DNA of 62,353 nucleotides from Flavobacteriales bacterium (GCA_046081565.1 JBJTWF010000148.1:1-62353), one strand, 5' to 3'. Shown: positions 34,828 through 45,609, counted from the first letter of the stretch. Program-made: numbers and translations. The notes: a model not told the origin generated them from the sequence alone.

Positions 34828-37800
34828 ATGCGTATACTAATTTTTTGGTTTTGTTTGGCGGGTCTATTCTCTAATTTCTTCAGTCAAGGAACGGCTCATG
34901 TTGAGGGGAAAAACGCCTCATTTTATCGCGGAGAAGAGTTGTTTGATAAAAAACAGTATGCGGCAGCACGCATAACCTTCGATCAATACCTTAAAGAACA
35001 ACACGGAGAAACCCATGCCTTTCGCGTCAAGGCTTCCTACCTTCACGCGTTGAGCGCCCTTAATTTGTTTCATGGCGATGCCGAAGAACTGATGACCAAC
35101 CATTTGGTTGAATTTCCTGAAACGCCATATAAAACGGCGGTATATATCGCATTAGGAAACTTACAGTTTGATCAGGAAAATTATTTAAATGCGGTTTCGT
35201 GGTATTCGAAAGCTTCTTTGTCGGACGTGGATAGCGTCGAGTCGATGCCGGTATATTTTAAAATGGGATATGCCCATTTTAAGGAACAACAAATGACTGA
35301 AGCTTTGGCGTGTTTTAGTCGATGCATAGGAAATAAAAACGATTATCGGTATCCTAGTTTATATTATCTCGGGCATATTTATTTTGCTATAGGAAACTAT
35401 AGTTCGGCAAAAACACCCTTTTTAACGCTGAACGAGGCGGGAGAATATCCCAGCATTGTTCCCTATTACTTGGTACAAATTTATCACGCTGAACAGGAAT
35501 GGCAAACCTTGATTTCCTACATTTTGCCCAAGATCGAATCTGGCGAACTGGAATATAAATCGGAAATCTTACATTTTCTTGGCGATGCGTTTTACCAACA
35601 GGGGTTGGTCGAACGAAACCCCCAAAAGCGAACGTCCTTGTTTAATGAGGCGGCAAAATACCTCACTACGTTTGGTACTAATGCAAAAACAACACGAGAA
35701 GACCAATACACGATTGGTTATTCGTTGTTGTCCTCTAATCGGCCAGAGGAAGCTATTACCTATTTTGAAAAGGCGGCTCGGATCGATGATTCATTAGGGC
35801 AAAATGCGATGTATCAAATTGGGGTGTGTTACCTAAATCAGAAAAAAATGCCGGCGGCTAGAAATGCCTTTGAGCGCGCTTCCAAAATGAAATCATTACC
35901 AATCGTCGCAGAAGATGCGCTATACCAGTGTGCCTTGATCTCGTTTTCAATCGATATTAACCCGTATGACGAGTCCGTGCGTGCCTTTGAAAAATACATG
36001 GAACAATATCCAGAATCCAAAAGAAAAAATGAGGTTTATCAATTTCTTATTACCGTTTATGCTTCTACAAGCAATTTCAAAAAAGCATTAGAATTTTTGA
36101 ATAAAATCCCAAATAAAAACTTAGAACAGAAATCATTATATCAAACGACCGCATTTAATTTAGGCGTTGAGTATTTGGAAAAAGATCAGCTGGATTCTGC
36201 AAAACGCAGTTTTGGGCTTGTTGAGGCTTTTCCAATGGAGTCAGAATTAATTGCTCAATCTAAATTCTGGTTGGCAGAAATCCTTTATCGTCAAGGAGAA
36301 TTCAAATCGAGTATTGCGGCATTCAAAACCTTTTTAAGCTATGCATCTGCCGCATTAGTTCCTGAAAAAAACGACGCCTATTATAGTATGGGACATGCCT
36401 ATTTAAACTTAAATCAAATCCCTGAGGCCTTGCCTTGTTTTACTACCTACATCCAAAACGCCCCCAAAGAACATCCAAAAACCTTAGATGCTTACTTTCA
36501 ACTCGCCGATGGTAATTATCAACTCGGCAAAGACGAGCAAGCCATTGCTTATTACAAAAAAATAATTGAAATCCCCTCTGAATCACAAGATCGGGCCTGT
36601 TTTTATTTAGCAAAAGCCTATGGGTTTAACAAACAAGCTCAACAAAAAATTAGTACGCTTGAAACCTTGCTTTCTAATTATAAACAATCGAAGTATACGC
36701 AGTCGGCGATTTACGAACTTGGAATGACGTACAAATCAGAGAAAGACTTGGATCAAGCGGCGATACACTTTAAAGACTATATTTTTCGATATCCCAATAA
36801 TAGCAGAACCATTAACTGTAGAATTGAACTCGCCGATATTTATTATAAAAAGTGGGACTATATAAAAGCAGAGGAAGCATACAAGCGTATTTTGTCCGAT
36901 TATGGTAATGACAATGAAATATGTGCCTTGGCTGCCAAGGGGTTAATGGCGGTCTATGTTGCGCAGAAAAATCCAGAAAAGGCTGAATCTGTGGCGGATC
37001 AATATGCTTGTGCACAAGTAAGTGCGGACGACAAAGAAAACCTATACTACAACCCCGCTTTTCAAGCCTATGTTGATTCCAATTATTCGGAGGCTGCGGA
37101 AAAATTTAGCCTTTACCTTTCCAAATTTCCAGCAGGAACGTTTTCACAAGATGCAAACCTTTATTTGGGAAACAGTTATTATCGCTTAAAAGACACTGCT
37201 AAAGCGGTTCCTTATTTTGACGCCTACCTTTCTGGGGCTTCAAACACCTACTTTGAGCCCGTATCCCTGAGGCTCTCTTCCTATTTTTATGGTAAAAAAT
37301 CATACGAAAAAGCGCTAACCTATTATGGGATATTAGATAAATATGCCGTAAAACCCAACAATATCACAACGGCCAAAACGGGATTAATGCGCTCCACCTA
37401 TGCCTTAAAAAAATATGCAGAATCGAAGGAGTATGCCAATGCCGTAAAACAAATAACAGGAATTAATTCGCTACTGCTTTTAGAGGCAGAATATGTGCTT
37501 GGAACAAGCCATTATTTTGACAACGAATGGAATGAAGCAAAAGCTCCCTTGCGTTGGGTTGTAAAAAACACCACCACCATACGAAGTGCGGAAGCCCGAT
37601 ATTTATTAGCAGAAATTGAATATAAAAACCAAGCCTTGGATTCTGCAAACCTGTTGGCAGAACAGCTCATTAAAATGAAACCTAGCTATAACTATTGGGT
37701 GGCAAAAGGGTTATTACTTCAATCCCAAATTGCTGTCGATAAAAAAGATTTTGTAGAGGCCACTCAAACGCTATTATCTATCATTGAGTACTATCCTATA

Positions 37801-37920
37801 AAAACAGATCAAATCATTGAACAGGCTCAAAACATGTTGGATGAGGTAGAACAGTTAAAGAATCCTGCCCAAGCTCCGGAAGAAAAAAAGGAATTAAAAA
37901 TTGAAATCAAAAACAATTAA
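34828..37920 (+). CDS. Large secreted tetratricopeptide-repeat (TPR) protein
   Basis: Signal-like N-terminus MRILIFWFCLAGLFSNFFSQ, with the ATG at 34828 preferred over the start at 34735. About 1000 aa of recurring A/Y/L-patterned 34-residue repeats (...AxxxYxxGxxyyxxxxyxxA...). Confidence 0.8.
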   Translation: MRILIFWFCLAGLFSNFFSQGTAHVEGKNASFYRGEELFDKKQYAAARITFDQYLKEQHGETHAFRVKASYLHALSALNLFHGDAEELMTNHLVEFPETPYKTAVYIALGNLQFDQENYLNAVSWYSKASLSDVDSVESMPVYFKMGYAHFKEQQMTEALACFSRCIGNKNDYRYPSLYYLGHIYFAIGNYSSAKTPFLTLNEAGEYPSIVPYYLVQIYHAEQEWQTLISYILPKIESGELEYKSEILHFLGDAFYQQGLVERNPQKRTSLFNEAAKYLTTFGTNAKTTREDQYTIGYSLLSSNRPEEAITYFEKAARIDDSLGQNAMYQIGVCYLNQKKMPAARNAFERASKMKSLPIVAEDALYQCALISFSIDINPYDESVRAFEKYMEQYPESKRKNEVYQFLITVYASTSNFKKALEFLNKIPNKNLEQKSLYQTTAFNLGVEYLEKDQLDSAKRSFGLVEAFPMESELIAQSKFWLAEILYRQGEFKSSIAAFKTFLSYASAALVPEKNDAYYSMGHAYLNLNQIPEALPCFTTYIQNAPKEHPKTLDAYFQLADGNYQLGKDEQAIAYYKKIIEIPSESQDRACFYLAKAYGFNKQAQQKISTLETLLSNYKQSKYTQSAIYELGMTYKSEKDLDQAAIHFKDYIFRYPNNSRTINCRIELADIYYKKWDYIKAEEAYKRILSDYGNDNEICALAAKGLMAVYVAQKNPEKAESVADQYACAQVSADDKENLYYNPAFQAYVDSNYSEAAEKFSLYLSKFPAGTFSQDANLYLGNSYYRLKDTAKAVPYFDAYLSGASNTYFEPVSLRLSSYFYGKKSYEKALTYYGILDKYAVKPNNITTAKTGLMRSTYALKKYAESKEYANAVKQITGINSLLLLEAEYVLGTSHYFDNEWNEAKAPLRWVVKNTTTIRSAEARYLLAEIEYKNQALDSANLLAEQLIKMKPSYNYWVAKGLLLQSQIAVDKKDFVEATQTLLSIIEYYPIKTDQIIEQAQNMLDEVEQLKNPAQAPEEKKELKIEIKNN

Positions 37921-37921
37921 C

Positions 37922-39640
37922 ATGCGATTACTGCTTTTAGGTATCACCGTTTTTCTCGGGGTTTTCACCTTCGCACAAAAAGATGTTTTTGAAGCTGAAG
38001 GAATTGGCTTGCGAGAAATCGACCGCAAACAGCGGGTGATTAGCGCTCCTAAAATTATCGAACCTAAACGAATCGAGAACCTCCCCGCTCAAAAACCTTT
38101 GGTTTTGGTTACTAAAACTAAGATTACCTATGACTCGATTGAAGCGGCAAGCGTATCGTTAGATAAACTCATTGATAAACTGTATCCTTTTTACTTAAAA
38201 TTAGGTATGGGTAGCACCCTCATGCCAATGGGTGAATTATACGTAAATTCCACCCGACAACGGTCGGGTTTTTATGGTTTACATGTTAAACATCTAAGTT
38301 TTTTTGGAGACATTAAAACCAGAGATAAGCAGCTACTTGCGCCTGCGGGTTTTGATAAAACAGATCTAGGCATTTCCTTTAAAAACATCGCGTCAAACTA
38401 TGCTTTAGATGGGAGTATTGATTACCTAAACGATGGATTTCATTACTACGGATTAGCTAACCCTTCGGCAAACAAAGACTCCTTAGCACAACGTTATCAT
38501 ACCGTTCAGAGTGATTTTTCAGTTGGGACGAGAAAAAGCGATAGTACTGCCTTTAACGTGGATGCTCGTATTTATTTTCGGTCCACAAACACCAAAGACC
38601 CCTATGTAGATAGTTTGTTGCTATGGAAACCGAAAGAACAAGCCTTTTCCTTGTTGACTATGGGAAAAAAGCGGGTTGGAAATGACGTTTTCCATGGCTC
38701 TTTAGGATTGCGGTTCAATGGATATCAATACGGTATCCTTGATTCCACCCTGCAAGCGGGTGATAGTGGGTTAGTGAGAAGAAACACCATCATCGATTTA
38801 CATCCTGGTGTCAAATCTTCTTTTTTAAACCAAAAATTAACCCTAGACGCTGGCTTTAACGTAAGCATAGATGCCCACGAAAAAACGCGATTATACTTTT
38901 TTCCAAAAGTGTCTCTTCAATACAACCTTGTAGAAGATCTAGTGATTCCGTTTATAACCTTGGAGGGAGAAGTAAAACAAAACTCCCTTTACGCTTTGTA
39001 TCGTCAGAACCCTTACATACAAACCAATGTTACTTTGTATAACGAAATTAGGCCGTACCAAATCCAATTGGGCGTTAAAGGTTTGTTATCAAAAAACCTT
39101 ACGTATCAAGTTAAGGGTGTTTTTGCAAAACGCAATAACGTATCCCTATTTATCACTGACACATTAAGGTCCTCAGGAAATCGCTTCCAGGTTATCTACG
39201 ATAGTATGAATTATGCGAGCATTGAGGGAAACATCAGTTATGAACTTTCAACAAAAATCAAACTAGACTTTATCGGTCGTTTTCATTCCTACGAAATGTT
39301 TCATGAGGCCAAGGCTTGGAATCTTCCGCAATGGGATTTTACCCTGCGCGGGGTTTATAATTTATATGATAAACTCATTGCAAAACTAAGCCTCGACATG
39401 GCTTTCAATCGATATGGTAAGGTTTATGGACCGGGAGAAAACATCGATCAAATCAGCAACCAATATGCTTATGCGTTAGGGGGTATTGTGGATGGAAACC
39501 TTGGTTTTGAATACCGTTATAACAGTCGATATTCTGGTTTTTTAAACATCAATAATATTATTTCTCAACGGTATTTGCGGTTTTACAATTACCCTGTAAT
39601 GCCAATACAAATCATGGCGGGAATAACTGTTAAATTCTAA
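37922..39640 (+). CDS. Putative outer-membrane beta-barrel (porin-like) protein
   Basis: Signal peptide (FLGVFTFAQ). Alternating beta-strand pattern throughout. C-terminal ...GITVKF. The ATG lies 1 nt after the TPR gene stop. Confidence 0.7.
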   Translation: MRLLLLGITVFLGVFTFAQKDVFEAEGIGLREIDRKQRVISAPKIIEPKRIENLPAQKPLVLVTKTKITYDSIEAASVSLDKLIDKLYPFYLKLGMGSTLMPMGELYVNSTRQRSGFYGLHVKHLSFFGDIKTRDKQLLAPAGFDKTDLGISFKNIASNYALDGSIDYLNDGFHYYGLANPSANKDSLAQRYHTVQSDFSVGTRKSDSTAFNVDARIYFRSTNTKDPYVDSLLLWKPKEQAFSLLTMGKKRVGNDVFHGSLGLRFNGYQYGILDSTLQAGDSGLVRRNTIIDLHPGVKSSFLNQKLTLDAGFNVSIDAHEKTRLYFFPKVSLQYNLVEDLVIPFITLEGEVKQNSLYALYRQNPYIQTNVTLYNEIRPYQIQLGVKGLLSKNLTYQVKGVFAKRNNVSLFITDTLRSSGNRFQVIYDSMNYASIEGNISYELSTKIKLDFIGRFHSYEMFHEAKAWNLPQWDFTLRGVYNLYDKLIAKLSLDMAFNRYGKVYGPGENIDQISNQYAYALGGIVDGNLGFEYRYNSRYSGFLNINNIISQRYLRFYNYPVMPIQIMAGITVKF

Positions 39641-39702
39641 GGAATTTTTTTTCAATATAAAATTTTGCTGGCAACGATTCGTTTCATGGCGAAATTTTAC
39701 CT

Positions 39703-42651
39703 ATGAATAAAACCCTTTTAATTATATTTCTCTTGTTCTTTCGCTTTGTAGGTTTTTCTCAAAGCGATTTTTTTTTATCCGCCTATAAAAAACACCCCAA
39801 CATACCCCCGGGATTATTAGAGGCCGTTTCTTATACGCACACAAAAATCCAAAACCTTTCGCCCGATGAAATACCGTCTTGTCTAGGAATGCCCCTCCCT
39901 TTCGGTGTAATGGGCGTTTTTGAAGATGGTGCCGGTTACTTTACCGAAAATGCTCGATACATAGCGACCCTTAGTGGGATCTCGATTGCTGAACAAAAAT
40001 CATCCGTCGACTTACAAATTGAAGCTTATGCCCGTGCTTGTGATCATATTTTGTCCTCCTTGAACCGAAAAAAAATGGAGCCCAGCGAGGTGATTTACGC
40101 CCTCCTGCTTGCGCTTACAGAAATCCCTCAAAATTGCACGCTAAATGCTTTTGCCTTTGAAACCTCTGTTTATGATGTTTTCTTGTTTTTAACCGACGAA
40201 GACAAGGCCGCCCGATTCAGTTTCTCTCCATACAACGTAGACCTTTCTTCTCTTTTTGGAAAAAATAATTATCAGCTATTACGCGCTCCCAAAATAACCA
40301 TAAGCGAAACGGCAATTCGTGGAGAAAACAACCAAGAATACACCAAGCCCCGACACGTAAAAAGCGCCAATTATGGTCCCGCTTTATGGACCGAGGCACC
40401 CTCTTGTAATTATAGTTCTAGAAACGGAACGCCCATTTCCGCAGTCACCGTACATACAGTACAAGGGTCCTATGCCGGTGCCATATCGTGGGGATTAAAT
40501 TGCAACGCTGGCGTTTCTTACCATTATGTGGTTCGAAGTTCCGACGGTCAAGTAACCCAAATGGTATTAGAAAGTAATAAAGCGTGGCATGTTGGCTCCA
40601 GTAATGCCTTTACAATTGGCATTGAGCATGAAGGTTATGTATCGAATGCTTCATGGTACACAGAAGCACTATACCAATCCTCTGCAACCCTGGTCCGGGA
40701 TATTACCCAAAGTGGTTATGGTATTAATCCCTTAAGAACCTATGACGGACCGAGTAATATCAGCACGCAACTCTTAGGTTCTTGTGTTAAGATCAAAGGA
40801 CACCAGCATTATGCAAACCAAACCCATACGGATCCAGGAATTCATTGGGATTGGAATAAATACTATAAACTCATTAATAATAGCGTCAGCCCTACGGTCA
40901 TTACAAGCAGCAGCGGAACCTTGTATGATACAGGGGGTGCAAATGGAAACTATGGTTCTGACGAACGTTCCGTTTGGGTTATTGAGCCTTCCATTCTGTC
41001 TACCGTTTCGCTGAACTTTTCTTCCTTTGCCTTAGAAAACGATTATGATAAATTGTTTATTTACGATGGAAACTCCGTTAATTCACCCCTTATTGGATCT
41101 TACACGGGAAGTACAATACCTCCCACCATTCAATCTACTTCAACGGCATTAACCTTAGAATTTCGATCGGACTGTGCGACTACGCTTAGTGGTTGGTCTG
41201 CCCAATTTCAATCTCAAGCCATTTCGGTAGATACTACACCACCGACGTGTACCATAACATATAATGGTACGTGGCAAACAAACGACTTCATTGCGCAGTT
41301 GAATGCCCAGGATAATGAATCCGGAGTGTTTTCTTCTTATTACTTGGTAACCTCTCGGGCAGCCGCAAATACCCCATTATACGCGAACAAAAACTATGGT
41401 TTTTTTCAGGATGAATTCCATTTGTCGAGCAACATATGGACCAACCAAACAGGAACCTATGTCCAAGGGGCTGGGGTCTATACAAACCAAGATGCAACCC
41501 AAAGTAATTCGAACAGTTATGCGTTGCTTTCCCAAGACCAAAGCCATTCCTATTTATATTCATGGAAACAAAAAATAACCTCCTCCAACCCTAATCAACG
41601 GGCGGGAATTCATTTTTTCTGTAGTGACGCTACCTTACCAAACCGAGGTAATTCCTATTTTGTATATTTTCGAGAAGAGACCGATAAGGTTCAGATTTAT
41701 AAAGTTACCAACGATCAATATGCTTTGGTATATGAAGCAGACGTTGTTATCGCAGCTTATCAATGGTATACCATGGCTGTAGAATATAATCCAACGACAG
41801 GATTTATTTATGTGTTTTCAGACTTTTCGCTCGTTGCACAGTGGCAAGATAGCAATCCTCTTCTCCAAGGAAATGCCATTTCCCTACGAAGCGGTGGTTG
41901 CTCGGTCGCGTTTGATGACGTTCGGGTTTATCACAGCCATTCCCCTCAAGAAATCATTGAAATTGGAAACGGGAAAGCCATTGAACATCAAAGCGACAAT
42001 GAACAACCGTCAGGAAACATTGTGCTCATCGGACGAGATCCTGCAGGCAACTGGTCGAATCCTGTTAATCAATGGGTTCAGGTAGATTGGAGCCCCGCAG
42101 TGGTTGGGTTTGTCGCCGATGGAACCGCAACCGATATTGATACGTTTTATATGAATCCCGTTTCGAGCCACTGGTCTTTTCAAGACCCTCATTCAGGAAT
42201 ACAACACTTTGAATTCGCTATGGGAAGCAGCTTAGGGGGTACGGATTTAATTCCTTGGAATAATGTGGGGTTAAACCAAACAAACAGTGTTACGCTTAAT
42301 AACCTACAATCCGGATTAACGGCATACACTTCGATTAATGCCATCAATAAAGCCGGAATCGGGTCGGTGCAAAGCAGCGATGGTCAGGTTTTTTTAGCCT
42401 CTTCTGGGATTGAAGCCAACCCGTTGGTTTCGGTACAGTTTTTTCCAAACCCCAATACTGGTGATTTCCTACAGGTCAGTGGATTACCTTTTCCTGTTCA
42501 GTTGTATGTCTACGATGTAAACGGGCGGATTATAAAGAACCATTCGCTTCTATCAGATGGTGTGGTTCCTTTAAACGTTTCCCAGGGCGTCTATTATCTA
42601 CAGATGGTGGGAAAAGGGTATACAAAAACAGATAAAATTCAAGTCCATTAA
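39703..42651 (+). CDS. T9SS-sorted multidomain N-acetylmuramoyl-L-alanine amidase (amidase_2/PGRP type) with a CUB-like domain
   Basis: Signal peptide. Amidase_2 core ...VTVHTVQGSY...AWHVGSSNAFTIGIEHEGY...HTDPG. CUB-like segment GTLYDTGGANGNYGSDERSVWVIEP...LFIYDGNSVNSPLIGSYTG. C-terminal CTD FFPNPNTGDFL...GVYYLQMVG...KIQVH. Confidence 0.8.
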   Translation: MNKTLLIIFLLFFRFVGFSQSDFFLSAYKKHPNIPPGLLEAVSYTHTKIQNLSPDEIPSCLGMPLPFGVMGVFEDGAGYFTENARYIATLSGISIAEQKSSVDLQIEAYARACDHILSSLNRKKMEPSEVIYALLLALTEIPQNCTLNAFAFETSVYDVFLFLTDEDKAARFSFSPYNVDLSSLFGKNNYQLLRAPKITISETAIRGENNQEYTKPRHVKSANYGPALWTEAPSCNYSSRNGTPISAVTVHTVQGSYAGAISWGLNCNAGVSYHYVVRSSDGQVTQMVLESNKAWHVGSSNAFTIGIEHEGYVSNASWYTEALYQSSATLVRDITQSGYGINPLRTYDGPSNISTQLLGSCVKIKGHQHYANQTHTDPGIHWDWNKYYKLINNSVSPTVITSSSGTLYDTGGANGNYGSDERSVWVIEPSILSTVSLNFSSFALENDYDKLFIYDGNSVNSPLIGSYTGSTIPPTIQSTSTALTLEFRSDCATTLSGWSAQFQSQAISVDTTPPTCTITYNGTWQTNDFIAQLNAQDNESGVFSSYYLVTSRAAANTPLYANKNYGFFQDEFHLSSNIWTNQTGTYVQGAGVYTNQDATQSNSNSYALLSQDQSHSYLYSWKQKITSSNPNQRAGIHFFCSDATLPNRGNSYFVYFREETDKVQIYKVTNDQYALVYEADVVIAAYQWYTMAVEYNPTTGFIYVFSDFSLVAQWQDSNPLLQGNAISLRSGGCSVAFDDVRVYHSHSPQEIIEIGNGKAIEHQSDNEQPSGNIVLIGRDPAGNWSNPVNQWVQVDWSPAVVGFVADGTATDIDTFYMNPVSSHWSFQDPHSGIQHFEFAMGSSLGGTDLIPWNNVGLNQTNSVTLNNLQSGLTAYTSINAINKAGIGSVQSSDGQVFLASSGIEANPLVSVQFFPNPNTGDFLQVSGLPFPVQLYVYDVNGRIIKNHSLLSDGVVPLNVSQGVYYLQMVGKGYTKTDKIQVH

Positions 42652-43589
42652 TGAACCATGTGCTCAATAATTTTGTCGGCCAAAACGTCACTTAATTTGA
42701 AATAACTCTCTTTCGTCCATCCTCCGACATGGGGAGTTAAAAGCACTTTATTGGATTGGATTAGTTGTCTTAAGGCTGTTGGGGTTTCGGTAGAAAATAG
42801 GGATTCATAATCTTTGGATTCGTATTCTAGTACATCCAACCCTGCAGCCTTAATTTTTTGTTGTTCAATGCCTCTCAACAAGGCTTCGGTTTGTACGATT
42901 TTTCCCCGTGATAAGTTTAAAAGATAAAACGGTTTTGCAAAGGATTGAATGAATACATCGTCAACCATCCCTAAGGTTTCTCTATTTTGAGGAAGGTGTA
43001 ATGAAAGAACATCGGCCTCCATACATAAAGCCTCTAGGGTACATTCTTGAACTTGGGAATTACCAAACCCCCTTTTATATTTATCGTAAGCTAATATTTT
43101 TACCTCAAAACCCTTCAATTTTTTGGCGAAAGCGGCCCCGTTGTTACCAAAACCAATAATTCCTACGGTTTTTCCATCTAATTCTTCTCCCCTATTTTCT
43201 TCTCTTTTCCACTCGCCCGATCTAATTTGATCATTAGCCCGGGTCATATTATTCATCAGGGACAGGAGCATACCAAGGGCATGTTCTGCAACGGCGTTAC
43301 GATTCCCTTCTGGAGAGTTAAAACAAGGAATCCCCTGTTCCTTACAATACGAAACATCGATGTTTTCCAATCCCGAACCGGCGCGAGCAATAAAGGTAAG
43401 GTTCTTAAAATGGCTCAAAAAAGATCCATGAAGTGGAATCCTTGCTCGAACCACAAGGCCTTGAACTTCCTCCTTATGTTCTACCAAATCCTCAATAGAA
43501 AACGTTGTCGCATCAATGCAGTCAAAACCAACTTTAGTTAACCGTTCCTTTAAAATAGCATGGACTGTGTCCAGAAAAAAAACCTTCAT
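42648..43589 (-). CDS. D-isomer-specific 2-hydroxyacid dehydrogenase (phosphoglycerate dehydrogenase-like)
   Basis: NAD motif VGIIGFGNNGAAFAKKL and LTPHVGGWT. The ATG at 43589 (MKVFFLDT...) is preferred over the start at 43607. Confidence 0.85.
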   Translation of the reverse strand: MKVFFLDTVHAILKERLTKVGFDCIDATTFSIEDLVEHKEEVQGLVVRARIPLHGSFLSHFKNLTFIARAGSGLENIDVSYCKEQGIPCFNSPEGNRNAVAEHALGMLLSLMNNMTRANDQIRSGEWKREENRGEELDGKTVGIIGFGNNGAAFAKKLKGFEVKILAYDKYKRGFGNSQVQECTLEALCMEADVLSLHLPQNRETLGMVDDVFIQSFAKPFYLLNLSRGKIVQTEALLRGIEQQKIKAAGLDVLEYESKDYESLFSTETPTALRQLIQSNKVLLTPHVGGWTKESYFKLSDVLADKIIEHMVH

Positions 43590-43731
43590 TAGGACGAAAA
43601 TACACAATGAAAGGGTAGGGTTTCCTCTTAGTTGAAAAAAAAATGACCTTCATAACTCGATTTTACAAACACTTCGTTGGCCCTCGTTGGTCTTTCAACC
43701 TTTTACACCATAAAACCCCGTTAAAAAGCAC

Positions 43732-45600
43732 TTATCGGCCTAAATAAATCAGAAGGACTGAAATATCACTAGGGGAAACCCCAGAAATTCGCGATGCTTG
43801 ACCGATCGAGGTCGGTTGTATTTGGGTTAACTTTTCTATCGCTTCTGAGCTTAAGCTTTTAAGTTGTTTAAAATCTATGTCTGTGGGAATAATGACTTTT
43901 TCAAGTCGTTGCATTTTTTCGGCCATTTCTTCCTCTCTCGATATATACCCTTCGTATTTCAGTTGAATCTCCGCCTGAACCTCAACATCCTCACTTATGT
44001 TATTGTTTATCAGATAGTTATTTAATGTTTTTGAGCTTTCTTTTAGGTTCTTCAAGGTGATTCCAGGTCGGGTTAGGATGGAAGCCAATTTCACTTGTTG
44101 TGAAATCGGGGTAGAATCGATTTCGGAAAGCACGGGGTTAATTTCATTTGGTGTTATGCCTTGGGAGCGAAGTTCTTTTTTTAGAACATCGGTCTGTTCC
44201 TGTTTTTGTTGCACTTTATTCAATTGCTTTTCAGAAAGTAACCCTAAATGAAAGGCTTTTTCACTCAACCGTAAATCGGCATTATCCTGCCGCAATAAAA
44301 TGCGATATTCTGCACGACTGGTGAACATCCGATACGGTTCTTTGGTTCCTTTTGTCACAAGATCATCGATTAAAACACCTATATACGCCTCGCTTCGTTG
44401 CAGTACGAATGGTTCCTTATGGTTGAGTTTTTGATGTGCATTGATTCCTGCCATTAACCCTTGACAGGCCGCCTCCTCGTATCCTGTGGTTCCATTAATT
44501 TGACCCGCAAAATATAAATGTTCAATGGTTTTAGTTTCCATGGTGTGTCGAAGCTGGGTAGGTGGAAAATAATCGTATTCGATGGCATACCCCGGTCGAA
44601 ACAGTTTCGCTTGTTCAAAACCAGGAATGGTTTTTATTGCTTTTATTTGAACGTCTTCGGGTAAGGATGTACTAAAACCGTTTACATAAATTTCCACGGT
44701 ATTCCATCCCTCGGGTTCAACAAATATTTGATGTCTATCGCGCTCTGCAAATCGGTTTATTTTATCTTCTATGCTCGGACAATACCTAGGGCCTGTACTT
44801 TGTATTGCCCCATTAAACATGGGTGACCGATCAAATCCAAGCCGAAGTTCTTCGTGGGTAATGGTATTGGTATAGGTAATATAACAAGGCAATTGACGCG
44901 CTAAGGGTTTGGTTTCCCAATAGCTAAACGTTTTTGGATTTTCATCTCCTTCTTGACGTTCCATTTTTGAATAATCCAAGGACCTCCCATCTACCCTTGG
45001 TGGTGTTCCTGTTTTCATTCTACCGGCTTCAAAGCCTAAAGAAACCAACGCTTCTGTAATTCCTATCGAAGCTCTCTCTGCAGCTCGACCACCTCCAAAT
45101 TGTTTTTCTCCAAGGTGTATAAGACCGTTTAAAAACGTACCATTTGTTAATACGACCGCAGAGGCATAGATGTTTATTCCTAAACTGGTTTTAACCCCAA
45201 CCACACGGTTATTTTCGACGATAATCCCTGTTCCCATGTCTTGCCAAAAATCTACATTCGGATTTTTTTCCAATAGGTATCGCCACGTTTCAGCAAACAA
45301 CATGCGGTCGTTTTGGGTTCGGGGTGACCACATCGCGGGTCCTTTGGACAGGTTTAACATGCGAAACTGAAGGGCACTTTTATCGCTCACTACACCCGAT
45401 CCTCCTCCAAGCGCATCAATTTCGCAAACAATTTGACCTTTTGCCACACCACCCATAGCGGGATTACAACTCATTTGGGCGATGGTATTCATGTTCATGG
45501 TTAACAACAACACTTTGCTTCCCATTTTCGCAGCAGCATTCGCCGCTTCACAACCTGCATGGCCTGCGCCAACAACAATAATATCGTAACGATTTAACAT
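43732..45600 (-). CDS. mnmG: tRNA uridine-5-carboxymethylaminomethyl(34) synthesis enzyme MnmG (GidA)
   Basis: FAD motif YDIIVVGAGHAGCEAA. 622 aa. Family-typical sequence throughout, for example GQINGTTGYEEAA. Confidence 0.97.
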   Translation of the reverse strand: MLNRYDIIVVGAGHAGCEAANAAAKMGSKVLLLTMNMNTIAQMSCNPAMGGVAKGQIVCEIDALGGGSGVVSDKSALQFRMLNLSKGPAMWSPRTQNDRMLFAETWRYLLEKNPNVDFWQDMGTGIIVENNRVVGVKTSLGINIYASAVVLTNGTFLNGLIHLGEKQFGGGRAAERASIGITEALVSLGFEAGRMKTGTPPRVDGRSLDYSKMERQEGDENPKTFSYWETKPLARQLPCYITYTNTITHEELRLGFDRSPMFNGAIQSTGPRYCPSIEDKINRFAERDRHQIFVEPEGWNTVEIYVNGFSTSLPEDVQIKAIKTIPGFEQAKLFRPGYAIEYDYFPPTQLRHTMETKTIEHLYFAGQINGTTGYEEAACQGLMAGINAHQKLNHKEPFVLQRSEAYIGVLIDDLVTKGTKEPYRMFTSRAEYRILLRQDNADLRLSEKAFHLGLLSEKQLNKVQQKQEQTDVLKKELRSQGITPNEINPVLSEIDSTPISQQVKLASILTRPGITLKNLKESSKTLNNYLINNNISEDVEVQAEIQLKYEGYISREEEMAEKMQRLEKVIIPTDIDFKQLKSLSSEAIEKLTQIQPTSIGQASRISGVSPSDISVLLIYLGR

Positions 45601-45609
45601 GGTCAGCGC

